Below, in pieces: positions 38,365 through 50,623 of a stretch of DNA of 64,000 bases (position 1 is the first letter of the stretch; every line of letters starts with the position of its first letter). The translations under genes and the position numbers were made by a program. This DNA comes from Lama glama (taxonomy: Eukaryota), in NCBI GenBank assembly GCA_028534125.1, contig CM052833.1, positions 18,538,001 to 18,602,000 of the forward strand, written 5' to 3'. Below the pieces are notes generated by a model. The model saw only the letters and a program-made list of their open reading frames with translations, was not told the origin of the DNA and searched no databases.

Positions 38365-39149
38365 CTGAAAAGCAAACGGGAGAGGCACACTCTGAAGCCC
38401 TGCGCCAGAGAAGGAGGCTGCTGCCCTGCGATCCCAGCACGTGCAGGGACTCCGAGTCTCAGTGCTCACAAGGGGTAAGAGCTGCCTGGTTCAGCCCCCG
38501 CGGGGCAGGGCACCTGATACGTCATTTCTTGGGGGCGTCAAACCCAGCGAGTAAAGGGCGAGCCCTCGGCGTGAGGCTGTGGGCACCTGGAAGCACCTCT
38601 CCTTCCAAAGGGGGACTCTTAGAGCATCACAGGAACGAGCCCGGCTCTATGATGCATGGCCGGCGGGGGGCGAAGACCCCAGGACTGGGCTTCTGGCACG
38701 GGTATCTGTATTTTTCACTCTATTATTTCCCACGAGTCAGACACAGAAGCCTGCAGGGCTTGCCAGGAGATAACCACACGCGTTAGTTCCCGGAACAGGC
38801 AGACAGCGTGTGCCCCGGGCTGGCTCTTGTCCAGCCAGTGCTCTGAGTGGAGGTCTCTGCCGACCGGCATGTCGTCGTCTCGCGTCAGTGATTTCCGGTC
38901 ATGGTCAAGTCCACATCCCAAGGTGGGGAAAACAGCCTCCTCCTCAGGGAACATCCTCCCTGCCTTGTCTCCCTGGACATCACTGAATCTGTCTTTCAAG
39001 TTTCTGATGGATTCAAAAGGCATCGCCTCCAGGAAGCCTCTTTCCAGCTTATCTATGGAAGGTAATAGGAGTTTGGCTTCGTGCTGTTTTCCTGAAATGT
39101 TGTGATAATTAGCTTTAACAGATTGTACTAAAATTATTTATAAGGAAGT

Positions 39150-39310
39150 CTGTTTTCTCCTTTGGAATGTGAGTTCCTCAAGGGTAAAACCTGAGTACTG
39201 CTCAACTCCAGTTCTTCAAGATACAAAACAGTGCCCAGCAGAGCACAGATCTGCAACACAGGCTTACGAATGAGTGAGTGAGCGAGAGAATCAGTGAGTG
39301 AGAGAGTGAG
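39150..39310 (+). mobile_element. L2 3' end
   Basis: ggaatgtgagttcctcaagggta...acagtgcccagcagagcacag...gaatgagtgagtg tail. Confidence 0.6.
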
Positions 39311-39723
39311 CTTTGTAGCCACACGCTTTTGAGGAACAGTTGTGGGGATCAGTCTCCAGCCACAGATCGCTCCCCAGCGGACTGGCTTCAGAATGAAGGG
39401 CGATCCCATGTCCTGTCTCCTCCTCCAACTCTCAGGACACCCCTACGTGCAAACAAATGGTAGTGGGGTTGAACTAATGCAAAAAATCACTTTTTACTAC
39501 CAACTAGAAACTTAACATGTTAACGGACTGTAGACAAAATAAATCCTTCAAATAACATACTAGTGGTTACATACAGATTTGGTGTCCCAAGACCTCTGAA
39601 CACAGCAACGCACGTGCCAAAAAAAAACAAAAAACAAAAAACAGTTAAGTGCTTTCCAGTGGAATTGCCAGGTGAGCTCATCTCTCAGTCCCAGGAAGGG
39701 GAGAAGCAGGAAGCCGCGGCTCG

Positions 39724-39774
39724 CTGCTCCTCTAACGCACCTGCTCCTCTAACGCACCTGCTCATCTAATGTAC
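39724..39774. repeat. 17-bp tandem repeat x3
   Basis: ctgctcctctaacgcac x2 plus ctgctcatctaatgtac. Confidence 0.85.
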
Positions 39775-40620
39775 CGACAGCTACAGCCTGCGGGCGGCAG
39801 GCGCTGGGTCAAGGGGAGCTCGGGCTGTGTGATTCCTTCAGCTCGGGGAAGGCTGTTCATCTCCTCATACAGTAAGGAGCTGAAAAGGTATCTTTGTGGC
39901 CTGAGAGATTTCATGGGACTTTGGGATGACTTGTGGGCAGTTTGTCTACCAGGTCAGGGGCCATGTGGTGCCCTGGAGCGTGGCTGTTTAACGTCGCAGC
40001 AGCCACACTTTGCAGAGGAGAGGGGTCTGCCTCAACCCTCCGCTGTTCTGGCTGGTTTCTGTCCTGACACTCAGAGGCCAAGAGGAGCTGTGAAGCTGCC
40101 GCCTCCTCAGCATCTCCCACGTCTCATGGGTTCATGACATTCCTGCCTCGCTCTCCTGTTCCTCCTCATCCCAGCCCAGAGTCACAGAGCGGTCCACACT
40201 CCATTCCACAGCTCTTTCCAGGTAAGAGAGTTGCTTTTAGCCAACCTGATAGATATAATTTTTGAAGCAATTCCACGACTGATTCAACTCACAAAAGGGC
40301 CACATTGTCGCACATGGCAGGAGGAACGACAAATCGTTCCTCGGAGCGGGATGGAATTTTAAATTAAAAAATACATTCTAGAGTTTATGCCTACGAATAC
40401 GTATCCTCCGGTCGTGTGACCTTGAGAGGACGGAAATGAGCCCAAAGGATTCCACTTAATATGGCAAGACAAAGAAAAGTAAATGGTTGTTTGAACTGCG
40501 AGCATCTCATCTAGGGCTTTTAAGAGAGCAGCGCGATGCACCCTGGGCTTTTAACAACCACAGAACGGATCTCCGGACTCACACCGGACCCCGCGTGGGT
40601 TCCCCAGGGGAGCCACTTAC

Positions 40621-40864
40621 TGACAGGATGTTCTTCATGGTGATCACGAAGACGTTGTACGCGATCAGCCAGTCCCAGTAGCGCAGGATCACCCTGATGG
40701 GCCTCAGCAGCAGGTCGCCCCCGAAGAGCAGGAAGTAGAAGCAGGCCAGCAGGTAGCCCATGCAGAAGACGCTGATCCTAGTGGTGCCGGTGATGAAGAC
40801 AACGGTGAGCACGAGCCAGAACAGGTAGCTGAAGACGACCACCTTGGACATATCCAGGTACGAC
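40621..40864 (-). CDS. PIEZO2: PIEZO2 exon ~28 (244 nt)
   Basis: ttccag|GTCGTAC...CTGTCA|gtaagt; SYLDMSKVVVFSYLFW...VITMKNILS. Confidence 0.97.
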
Positions 40865-42430
40865 CTGGAAGCAACACCGGGCTGTGGAGGGGCGGCCCCA
40901 CGCACCACCACACAGGGCCTGCCGGGGCGTCTCACCCGGGAAGGGCTGCGCGGTCCACCCGCCTCCACCTGGAAGCTGTGAGCCCTGCGTTCACCCCTCA
41001 CCACACGCCGCCTGGTCTACGGGAGACCTCGCCCCGGCAGGGACGGACGGGGAGGTCACGGGAAAACACCATGCCTGTGTTTAATATCATCGAATTTAGG
41101 CCTAACCTCCCACAGGCAGCCAGCTTTTCTGCCTACCACCCAGTACTCAGAGGCCCTCTCTTTCTTCCTAAGGAGCCACAAAGACTCATGCGGCCGAGGA
41201 AATTCCATGACACAGACACCTCCCAGAGCAAGAGGGCGACGGAGAATGGATTCCTGCCCATGAACTGGGAGTGAGCAGATGACAACAGGCAGGTTCCACC
41301 TGGGATGACCAGCTCTCCTTCAGATGAGAAGTCACCCCGACAGCAGACACACAGCTCCAGGCTCTGACTGACACTCCCTCCGCACCTCCCGGGGCCAGTC
41401 GAGGGCCCTGCGGTGGGGGCCGGGCCTCCACTGCGACCTCCTGATGGGAGGTGAGGCCACCACAAGGGTCTGTGACCTGCTGCAGCAGAAACAGCTGCTG
41501 GGGGTCCTGGGCCTGGGACACTGGCTGACAGAAGCCATGCTTCCGGGCTGCGCCCCCCTGCATTCGCTTAATCAGAGCAAACGCAGAGGTTTCGCTTTGG
41601 TTCTTTCTCTTTCCTGGTTTGAGGAGAAATGCTGAAGAGCCAGTAATAGGCCAGATATTTGAAACACGACTTGGCATTTTGTGGGACTTAATACGGAATC
41701 CTTCCACCAGGCACGTGCCACGCTGTCCAGCTTCGCTGGGGAATCAGTCGTACCTCAGAGGCCCGCTATCAGGCAAGCAGACTTTGGAGCTTCACTGTTT
41801 TTAAAGTAAAATACTCAACATTTTAACATGTTTGCATGAGTTTTCTCATGAAATACACCATACTCATCTGCACATGAAGGAGAGCGACTAAGACGCTGCG
41901 TCTTGGCATCCCAGCACCGCACAGGTGGAGCGAGGGGTGTGGCGCAGGCGCGGTACCTGACCGCCCCAGGACTCCCACCCCCCGGCGTGCGGCGTGAAAC
42001 TGGGCGAGAGCGTATTTGAGCGAGAGTGTGTTTGTGTGCACGCGCGTGTGTGTGAGTGCGCTGTGTGTTTCCATGCGTTTCCCCTCCTTGCCTGCAGCTG
42101 CTCATCCCACCTCCAGGAGCCCCAGGCCTCCGCTCCTCCGGCCCGACTGCCTTGGGTTCAGAAGTCAGCAAGCCGAGCTTGAGAGAATGACAGGGAGACA
42201 CCAAGCCAGCACGCTTCGGGAAGGAGCCTCGGGGACCCGGGGCAGGGAGTGACCCTGTGTCTGTCCTGGGGTGAAGGGGCAGCTGGCTGCTCTCCGGAGA
42301 GGCCGAGGGGTGTCCAGGGAGGACGGAGGCTGATCTGGAAGTCGGCTTCCAGACGGCTGAGCCATCCTGCCCCGGGGCCGCTCAGTTTCCTGTGTGTGTA
42401 CTGGGAGAGAATGGGGCGGGTCAGGGCTAC

Positions 42431-42596
42431 CTGCAGTGGACGAAGTCTGGGACAGGGTTGTGCTGGCTGAAGGCGGCGGCGTCCAGGCTCACGCAGATCT
42501 CCACGTTGTCCCCCGCCATGACGCGCACGGCGGCCTTGTTCTCATCCTCAAAGGTCTGCCGCTGCAGGGAGGCGCACAGGAGCAGCAGGAAGTCGT
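42431..42596 (-). CDS. PIEZO2: PIEZO2 exon ~27 (166 nt)
   Basis: cgccag|ACGACT...CTGCAG|gtagcc; YDFLLLLCASLQRQTFEDENK...NPVPDFVHCR. Confidence 0.96.
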
Positions 42597-42967
42597 CTGG
42601 CGAGACAGCGGTGGGCGATGAGCCCCTCCCCGCCCTCTGGGCATCAGGAGGGCTGTAGGCAGGGCCCCGCTCCCGCCGCCCACGCGGGGGTGCAGGAGGG
42701 GCCGCAGATGCCCAGGGCTTGGGGGGCCGTCCCAAGACCCCGTCCACCCATCAGAGAGTGAAGGCTTCAGGGGCTGAGATGGGTCTTCTGCGACCTGCCC
42801 CCCGACAACGTCTGCGGGCAGGTACCCTCCCCAGGCCTGGAGGGGCCGTTGAACAGTCTCGCTCCTCTTCCTCTCTTTACAAGCCCAGGACGCAGACGTC
42901 CGGCCTTCTCTGTCCTCTCCACCCGCACTGCACCTGTGACCAAAGACCTCCCAGGACACGCACTTAC

Positions 42968-43069
42968 AGACGAGGAACACGGGGTTGGGCCGCACGATGA
43001 AGTCTGGGAAGTACAGCCACTTGACGATGTTGTCGTTGAAGCTGGCGCCCTTGAACCTCCAGGGGTAAT
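42968..43069 (-). CDS. PIEZO2: PIEZO2 exon ~26 (102 nt)
   Basis: ctccag|ATTACC...CGTCT|gtaagt; DYPWRFKGASFNDNIVKWLYFPDFIVRPNPVFLV. Confidence 0.97.
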
Positions 43070-43152
43070 CTGGAGGGCGGGGGGAGGTCAGGGCCCGTGC
43101 CCCCATCTGCGGGGAGCCCCCTTCCCCCGCCCCCGCCCGCAGCGCCGCTCAC

Positions 43153-43357
43153 CCCGGCAGGGCGCGGGCGGGATGCCGATGCACACGAAGTACTGGAAGG
43201 TGATGATGCAGGCCAGGAAGCAGCAGTACTTGGGCCAGATCTCCGCGATGGCCTTCCTTCGGCGCCGGTACAAGACGGCGATCAGCCAGCAGGCGTGAAT
43301 CATGGCGTAGAAATCCATCCGCTGACCGATCACGTTAACTGACATGAGGAAACAGGT
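43153..43357 (-). CDS. PIEZO2: PIEZO2 exon ~25 (205 nt)
   Basis: acgcag|ACCTGT...CCGGG|gtgagc; TCFLMSVNVIGQRMDFY...CIGIPPAPCR. Confidence 0.97.
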
Positions 43358-43955
43358 CTGCGTGAGGATGAAAGAGGCAGTCGGGTTTACAGGGAAGGGG
43401 AGTGGGGTCAGGGGTGCGCCCTGAGTGGGCGGGGGACCCGCGCTCCTGCTGTTTGCCTGCTCTGCCTCTTTGGGGGTGTCTTCGCCACGAAGTCAGAGGG
43501 CTGGACATAGGGCTCCCGCCGGGAAGACTGACCAGGCCACGGCGACTAAGAACCACGCTGAGTGGTGGAGAGAACGGCGGCTGTGAGCTCTCCTGAAGCA
43601 TCCCTGCTCCAAATACACTCCCCAGGGACAGGCCCAGCACCACGTCAGGTCAGAATGGCCGGCCGAGGCCCCACATTCAGAATGCGCAAAACAGCCATTT
43701 GGGCGTTTGTAAGACCAGAGGCCCGGGGGCCAACTCCAGCCGCAGAGCAGGGGAACCGGCACCTGGTCCTGGAAAGACTCAACCAGGCCAGGCCGACTCT
43801 TCGCCGCATCCTCCTCCCTGGGCCCGAGGAGACAGAGATCAGGGCGTGGAGACGTGCAAGGAAGCCCCAGGGTCCGTCCCCGACCCAGCCCTGCAAAGCA
43901 GCCGCTAGAATTCTTACCGAAAAGAGAAAGAAAACAGGTGAGCAAGGAAACCCAC

Positions 43956-44156
43956 CTCCAGCCCAAACTTGTAGAAGAAGTAGTTGATAAAATACTTGGC
44001 ACAGCTGACCAGCCCGTCGTCCAGGTGGTGTCTGGTGACGTCGTGGAAGATGGTCTTAGACACGGGCGCGGCGAGGTTGTTCCGGCCCCGGTAGTACTCC
44101 TGATGGCGGTAGACGGTGACCTCGAAGGCCAGGATGGCCAGCATCAGCAGGTTGTT
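43956..44156 (-). CDS. PIEZO2: PIEZO2 exon ~24 (201 nt)
   Basis: ttgcag|AACAAC...CTGGAG|gtgggt; NNLLMLAILAFEVTVYRHQEYYR...YFFYKFGLE. Confidence 0.97.
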
Positions 44157-45458
44157 CTGCAAGCCAGAAACAGCGGGGCTGAGGCCGTGCGCCGCCACGC
44201 AGTCGCCTAGAGCAGCCCGGCTCTGAACAGCCTGGGTGTCTGAAAGGACAGCGCTCTGTAAAATCCCGCCTCCATAAAATACAGTCCTGACTCAATATGG
44301 TCACAAGGGCGGAGTTGCGTGCAATGCGCCAAGCAGGCTGGTTGGATCTACGATGCCCAGACCGACGACGGGCGACGGCCCTTCCTGCTCCTGGGAAGTA
44401 CACACCTGCACACGAAGAAGTGCCCTGGGACCTCGGGGGGGGGGGCTGGACGGGCCAACCTTCTGCGCAACTGAAAGTGAGAAACACCTGTACAGTGATC
44501 TACAGGGACCCCCTGGGAGACAGACTGAGCTGGAGGACGGGGCTTCCCATTAGAGGGGAACTTCTGAGCGCCTCCAAAATCTGGCTGGAAAGAGCAGCGG
44601 ATGGAAAAATGTGCGGATTATACCGCAGAATAACAAAGGTGGTAATGATGTTAATGACGACGCAGCTGACCTTCACGGGCCAGACACCACTCTGGTCGCC
44701 CTCTTCAGATCCAAGCTGCTTTTATCCTTGCACCTTTTAAAGGCAGACACTGTTCCTACTCTGCCAACAGCCTCTGCCACGTGACATGAAAGCTACGCAA
44801 AGGAAAATGAGATGTCTAGTACACCTGAAGATTTCAGGAGCCGAGACACGTGTTAAGCGCACGGCCAGCACGGCCCAGCGGAGCGCGCTGTGGCTCACGG
44901 GAACCGACCGCTTCCACTTGTTTGTTGCAGCTACTTGCAGTCAAAATCCTCTTTTCGCAGATATGCTCTTTTTATCTAATTTCCTCTAAACCCATATATG
45001 CCCTTTGTTAGACTCTGTAAAGAATGAGAATTCACAGAGCAAAAGATTTCTCATGATGCTACCCCTCCTGCTCAAATAATCACTGGTGACCATTTGGTAC
45101 GATTTACATAATATTTCTTTGTGTCTAAAGGGGATCACAGGTGTGGTGTTTTGAAGTTTGCTTCTTCCCCTCCAACTCGGCAGCATGTCTTGGGCACCCT
45201 TCAGAGTCTGATGTTGTCTCTACTGCAACCTTTGAGAACGTTCCAGTGACCATATTTGTCATGCTTTATTCAATTAACCTCAGACCACTGGATGAATCTC
45301 TTTTCAGGGCAACGCAATGCTGCTCTGAATATTCAGTCATATGTGCTGCAGGTGACTGCAAACGCCACGTAAGAGGGTGAGGTTACTATACGGGTGAGAC
45401 TGGGTCCCCGGGGAAAGGGATCAGACGTTAACTCCGCAGAGACAGACGAGGCCTTTAC

Positions 45459-45584
45459 CCGCAGGTAGACGAGCAAAGGGGAAGACTTCCTCAGGCCGAC
45501 CCACTCGGCCGGGTCGATGGGGGCGCTGTAGAGCAGGGACTTGTTCAGCTGCTGGAGGGGTATGTTCGTTTGGTTTTCATTTGG
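45459..45584 (-). CDS. PIEZO2: PIEZO2 exon ~23 (126 nt)
   Basis: tttcag|CCAAAT...CTGCGG|gtaaag; PNENQTNIPLQQLNKSLLYSAPIDPAEWVGLRKSSPLLVYLR. Confidence 0.96.
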
Positions 45585-45840
45585 CTGAAAAGAAGAGACA
45601 GGGGAGTAAGAAGTGGCCCCTCCGATCAGGCGAGTTCAGACTCGTCTCCTGCGGCTCTGCGCAGAGGCACGTGCCGGGTGGGGCGGGAACCCCGACTCAA
45701 GGGGGAAATCCCAGCTTCGGAAGAGACCGGGGTCCAGGCCCCCCCCCCCGCCCCGGGCCCAGCTGACTTGGGTCCAACAGCCCGTGCCCGGGGATGTGGG
45801 TTCACCAGTCAGCAAGTCCCCGCAAGTCTTGGAGGCTCAC

Positions 45841-46017
45841 CAAGGAGCAGTTGACAGAGAAGTTCTCAGGTTTGATGGTTTGCAGCTGGTACAACATCTT
45901 GCAGACGATGATCACACACGTCCAGACTGTGCAGACGCTCGAAGCCAGACGGCGCAGCTTGGCGTACGGCAGAGCAAAAGCCCAAGAAATCAGAAATACG
46001 TAGTTGAACAGAGACAC
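45841..46017 (-). CDS. PIEZO2: PIEZO2 exon ~22 (177 nt)
   Basis: ccccag|GTGTCT...TCCTTG|gtgagc; VSLFNYVFLISWAFALPY...ENFSVNCSL. Confidence 0.97.
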
Positions 46018-48027
46018 CTGGGGACAAAAATACGTAATGTGGCTCGACATCTACAAAATGTGGCAACTTGATTTGTCCGGTTCCACTCGGTGAATCAAAC
46101 TGACTGAGTTCCCAGGCCACGCCCTTGGGGCCAAGAGACTTGCCCGGAGCAGAGACAGGTAGCCGGAGGACGTCTACTAACGTGACCCCGGGCAACGCAG
46201 AGGCTCCTGGGAGCAGACTCACAAGGGGTCCTCGGCCTAACCTGGAGCGCTGGGAAGCATCCCCTGGAAGAGGCGACACCTGCGCCGGCCCTTGCAGGGT
46301 GCCTGAAGTTAGCCAGGCCAACAGAGGGAGAAGGACGTTCCAGGTAAAGGACGTACAGGCGGAGGCAGGAGCGCAGGGAGCAGCGTGGTGGGGGCAGGTG
46401 ACCCCAAGCAACTGGTGATTTTGGAGTTGGCAGTACTGAGCCGCAGCAGAAAGTGAGGCTGGAGGTGCAGCTGGGGGCCGTGTTTCTGCGGCCCTTTAAG
46501 TCCTGTGCATGGGCCTCTGTGCAGGGAGCAGAGCCACGAAGGGCTTTACACTGGGGAACCCCGAGGAAAGATGGCATTTCATTTAGATTGCGTCACTGAA
46601 GAGCGCAGGTGCGTCTGCGGGCTGGGCCCGAGGTCAGGAGACCAGCTCACACACCCTGCAGTCGTCCAGGACAGGGACAGGGCGACGCCAGGCCAGCGCC
46701 GCAGAGGTGGGAGGTGGAGTCGGCCGGGGGAAGGGGTGAAGGAGGAAGCACAGGACAGGGACGCCTCCCAGGGTCTGACTGGGGCACCAGTGCCCCCGGG
46801 GGGGCCACGTCGGAGACAGGGCCTGGGGTGGGGCAGCTGCAAGGAGGGAAGGGGTCAGCCTGTGAGTGTGTTTATCCATCAGGGGAGACGCCCACCCATC
46901 TCTAAGCCTTCCTCACAGCTCACAGTCCCTTGAACGGCCTGGAGGCACCACCATCTCACTCAGCCCTGGAAAATCCTCACTTACTCTGAACATCGTCACC
47001 CTCGTCTCTGGATGTGGCTAAACCGAGGTCACAGAAGCACTCCGTGCTATCGGGGGGAGAAACCGCGAGCACGCGGCTGGCAAAACTGAATGTGTGTCCA
47101 GCACAGGCGCTCACGGAGCTGCGCGTCCCGGCCTGGCTCGCGGGGCTGCGAAACAGCAACATGGCAGCTCCAGGCTGGTGGCAGTTCTGCGGTGCGTTAC
47201 CTGCTTGCCTCCAGGACAAGGCAGCGCCGTGAGCGCTAAGCGCGGAGGCTTTAGGGGAGAAGAGCCGCCTTTCAGAGCTGCTGGAGGATGAAAGCACCGC
47301 TGGAGGAGGACTGGCCCACCCACTACAGAGCCGCCACAACACGACAAGTAGCAAACGTGGAAGGCGCTTTGGGATACTCGAGGCCGAGGTCCTGCCCAGC
47401 GGTCACTTGGAGAGATGGGGCTGGAGTTCCAGACGCACGACCCGCCGCGTGGGGACGGCACGCGGGACACAGGCACTCCGGCCATCACCCACGGAACACG
47501 CAGAGTCAGAGGAGGGGATGCGGACAGAGCCCGAAGGCCCCCGAGCAAAGCTGGTGACCAGGGAGGAAGGGGCCCGGGAAGTGCGGGTTCGGAAACCAGA
47601 GAGGGGAGTGCGAGGACGAGGGTCACCAGGATCCACTGTCACGGAGAAGCAAGCAGGATCAGCGTGGACAGGCCCGGTCGGGGGGCTTCTGTCTTTTATC
47701 GCTTTCCAAACAGCAAAACTGGGGCTCAGGGAAGGTCCCAACCACTGCGGTCCTTCATGCAGTGGTTGGCTGTGGTCTCCTTGCACCCCTGATGATGGGA
47801 ATCTCACGGAACGTACGTTAAAGAAAATGGCAGATACCGGGGCCCCTGAGGTCTGTCCCCCTTCCCAGGACGCTGTCCTCTGCTTTGCTGAGCGTCTAGT
47901 GTGTGCCCGTCTCAGACCCTGGTGCCCTGATGTGCTGGGAATTACACCTGAAAAGTCAGGGAGACCCGGGGAAGGGAGGCGGCGCCGCGCTGACGGTGTG
48001 GCTGGAAGGACGCCGATGTTCACTTGC

Positions 48028-48188
48028 CTCTTTCACGGACACCCAGATGATGTACGAGGACACGATCTTGACGATGTGCAGCTCCAGGACCCACCACAGG
48101 GACGTCTGCAGCTTGTGGAAGCACTCCAGGAACTTCAGGAACAGCACCGTCAGCCGGTCGATCACCAGATGCCACTTGTTCCTCAGAT
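48028..48188 (-). CDS. PIEZO2: PIEZO2 exon ~21 (161 nt), GC donor
   Basis: ttgcag|ATCTGAGG...AAAGAG|gcaagt; DLRNKWHLVIDRLTVLFLKFLE...IWVSVKE. Confidence 0.94.
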
Positions 48189-48860
48189 CTGCAACGCAGG
48201 GAATGCACCCAGCAACACAAAGGGGGCGTGTGTGCGTGCATGCGTGTGTGCACAATGATTATTTAGAGCTTATCTTGTGTTGTTCCGACTGTAATGAGAA
48301 ACTGCAAGACAACCAGAGTGGACGAATCCAAGAGCCTCAATCTGGCGGAAGGGGGCCCACGGATCCCATATGTGAGGGCACGGACATCACGTGCTGACAC
48401 GGAGACACCACAGCACTGCTTTCACGCACCTTCTTATTACATTTATGTGAAAAACAGTGTCGACTTTATTTACCATTGAGGCTGAGGTATATAATTCCCT
48501 AATTTACCCCAAATATTAAGTAGCTGAGCTCCCTCTAAATGACACTTTTCTTGCCAAAACAGTGCTCCCCTACGTGCCAGTCCCCTTCCTGGGGCTTAAC
48601 AAGGGGGCAGGCAAGGCGCCACCCTCCCCCGCCACCCAGGAAGAGCCTGAGAGTGGACCCTGGTTCTGGGCCTGAACCCCCGGCCACAGCCCACCAATTG
48701 CGCCCAGACTCACCCTAGTGACAGTTTTTAATCAAATTAGTCATTCTCTGCTTTCTACCTCGTGTATTCTACCTTATTATGTTGCAGCCTTGGCCCAGGC
48801 TTCTGCCCGGAAGGTCAGTCTGGGTTCCCTGGAAGGAAAGCCCCACGGGGCCTTCCAGGA

Positions 48861-48951
48861 CCAGCACGCCCCACCCCTTGCAGACAGAAGCTCAAGGCCC
48901 TGCACAACCAGCACGCCCCCCCACCGCAAACAGAAGCTCACGGCCCTGCAC
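48861..48951. repeat. ~47-bp tandem duplication
   Basis: ccagcacgcccc...cagaagctca(a/c)ggccctgcac occurs twice in tandem. Confidence 0.8.
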
Positions 48952-49439
48952 GGGCTGAGACTGGGGTCCCTGTGTGCAGTGGCTTCCTGATGCGGCTGGG
49001 GTGGCGCCGCAGTGACGGCCTTGGCTCTGAAAGTTTGCCAGGCTTTACTCATTCACAGAGTGACTCGGGTGGCAGGTCAGCGCAAGGGTTAGGCCCTACC
49101 TGGGCATGCTTCAGAGGCGGGGGTGGCAGGTACGGAGGGAGCAGGTGCGGCCCAAGTTAGGGTGAGACGTCACTGTAAGTAAAGCTCGCACTTGCCTTCG
49201 GGCAGTGAGACAAGCCTGGTCCCGAGCCCTCGGCCCCCAGGGCTCACGCTTCTTCGCTGGAGGACACATCGCGCAGCGCAGGGGGCGCTTCTGGGTGAAG
49301 GGCCAGCCCTGGGGGGAGCCTGCCTCTGGGAGGGACCGTCCGCACACAGCGCCGGGGCAGCGAATGACCGTCACAGCCCCAGAGCGTCACCCCAAAGGCT
49401 ATGCTCTCCAGTTCTCCCAAACTTCCTGGAAGCTAATAG

Positions 49440-49990
49440 ACTAAAGGAAGCTAAGCAGGACCCCGTGGGCCCCTGGGGACAGAACCCTGCGTGTCCCCGC
49501 CTCTCGTTTGTAGAAAAGCATTAGCCTCCTAGGCCTTCCCTGGGCCCCAGGAGCGAGCTAAGCAGAGAATGGGGACACGCAGACATGCGGGAAGACAGGC
49601 AAGCACAATGGTTCAGCCTTGAAACAAAGCCAAGGACTTGGTTTCTCCTTCTGGGGGCTGCAGGTCACACCCTGAGCCGCACCCTTGAGTCGTTTTGCAG
49701 GCGCTGAAACCCCCGCCAGGTGGAGGCGCTGGCTGCACGCTGACCCCCAGCACCCGGACCCCAGACGGCCTGGAGCCCAAAGGGTAACGATGTCACCTCC
49801 CAGTTACCTCAACACCAGCCTATGAGAAGGTCCACGGACTGACGTGCACCGGCAACCTTCTCCCCGACCTCGCCTTTAAAACCCTTCCCTGAAAGCCACC
49901 GGGGAGCTGGGTCTTCCAAGCACGAGCTGCCCGCTCGCCCTGCTTGGCGCCGCAGTGAACGCACTTCCATTCACCGCAGCCTGCGTCCAG
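49440..49990 (+). mobile_element. Probable ERV solo LTR (ERV1-like), antisense to PIEZO2; boundaries approximate
   Basis: gcctttaaaacccttccctgaaagccaccggggagctgggtcttccaagcacgagctgcccgc...tgcttggcgcc resembles the TATA/R region of ERV1 LTRs; poly(A) signal degenerate. Confidence 0.6.
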
Positions 49991-50068
49991 CGCACACCCG
50001 TTTCACCCACTTGGGGCAAGTTTCACTCCCGCCGCCCGTCAGCCAGCACCCGCTAGCGGGCAGCTCAC

Positions 50069-50271
50069 CTGACGCCGCCTCCTCCTCGTCCTCGTCCTCG
50101 TCGTCCTCGTCCTCGCTGTCTTTGCCGAGCTCACTCTTCTTGGCCTTGGCGGGGCAGCCCCCCGGCTTCCCCTCCCCAGGCCCAGCCAGCGGCTTGGTGT
50201 CCGCCGCCCCCAGGCGGGCGGTCAGGTTCATCATGGCGAGGTCGGGGAGGCTTCCCTCGGGGTGGGCCAGT
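50069..50271 (-). CDS. PIEZO2: PIEZO2 exon ~20 (203 nt)
   Basis: cggcag|ACTGGCC...GTCAG|gtgagc; LAHPEGSLPDLAMMNLTA...KDSEDEDDEDEDEEEAAS. Confidence 0.95.
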
Positions 50272-50623
50272 CTGCCGGCAGAGAGCAGGGAGTCAGGGCA
50301 CGAGGGGCCCGGGACACGCGAGCGAGGCGTCGTGGAGGAGGACAGACGAAATGGAAATCAGCACACGACATGGCCTGGCAGGTGGGCTTGCGAGCGCCTG
50401 GGCGCTTTTTTACTTTTTAAAGCTCTTTCTAAAAATGAACTGTCAATTTGGTGAGGTTCGGTTAGCTTTTCCAATTCAGGTTCGAGTGATTAGTCGGTCA
50501 TGAGAGCTATCGACACCTAAACTTGACATTTCCCCGCAGGAGAAAATGGTCAGAGTTCAGGCCGCAGAAGCATGAAATGGCATCGTGTGAGCTAGCATTT
50601 CATGGCTTCACAGGGGGACTTAC

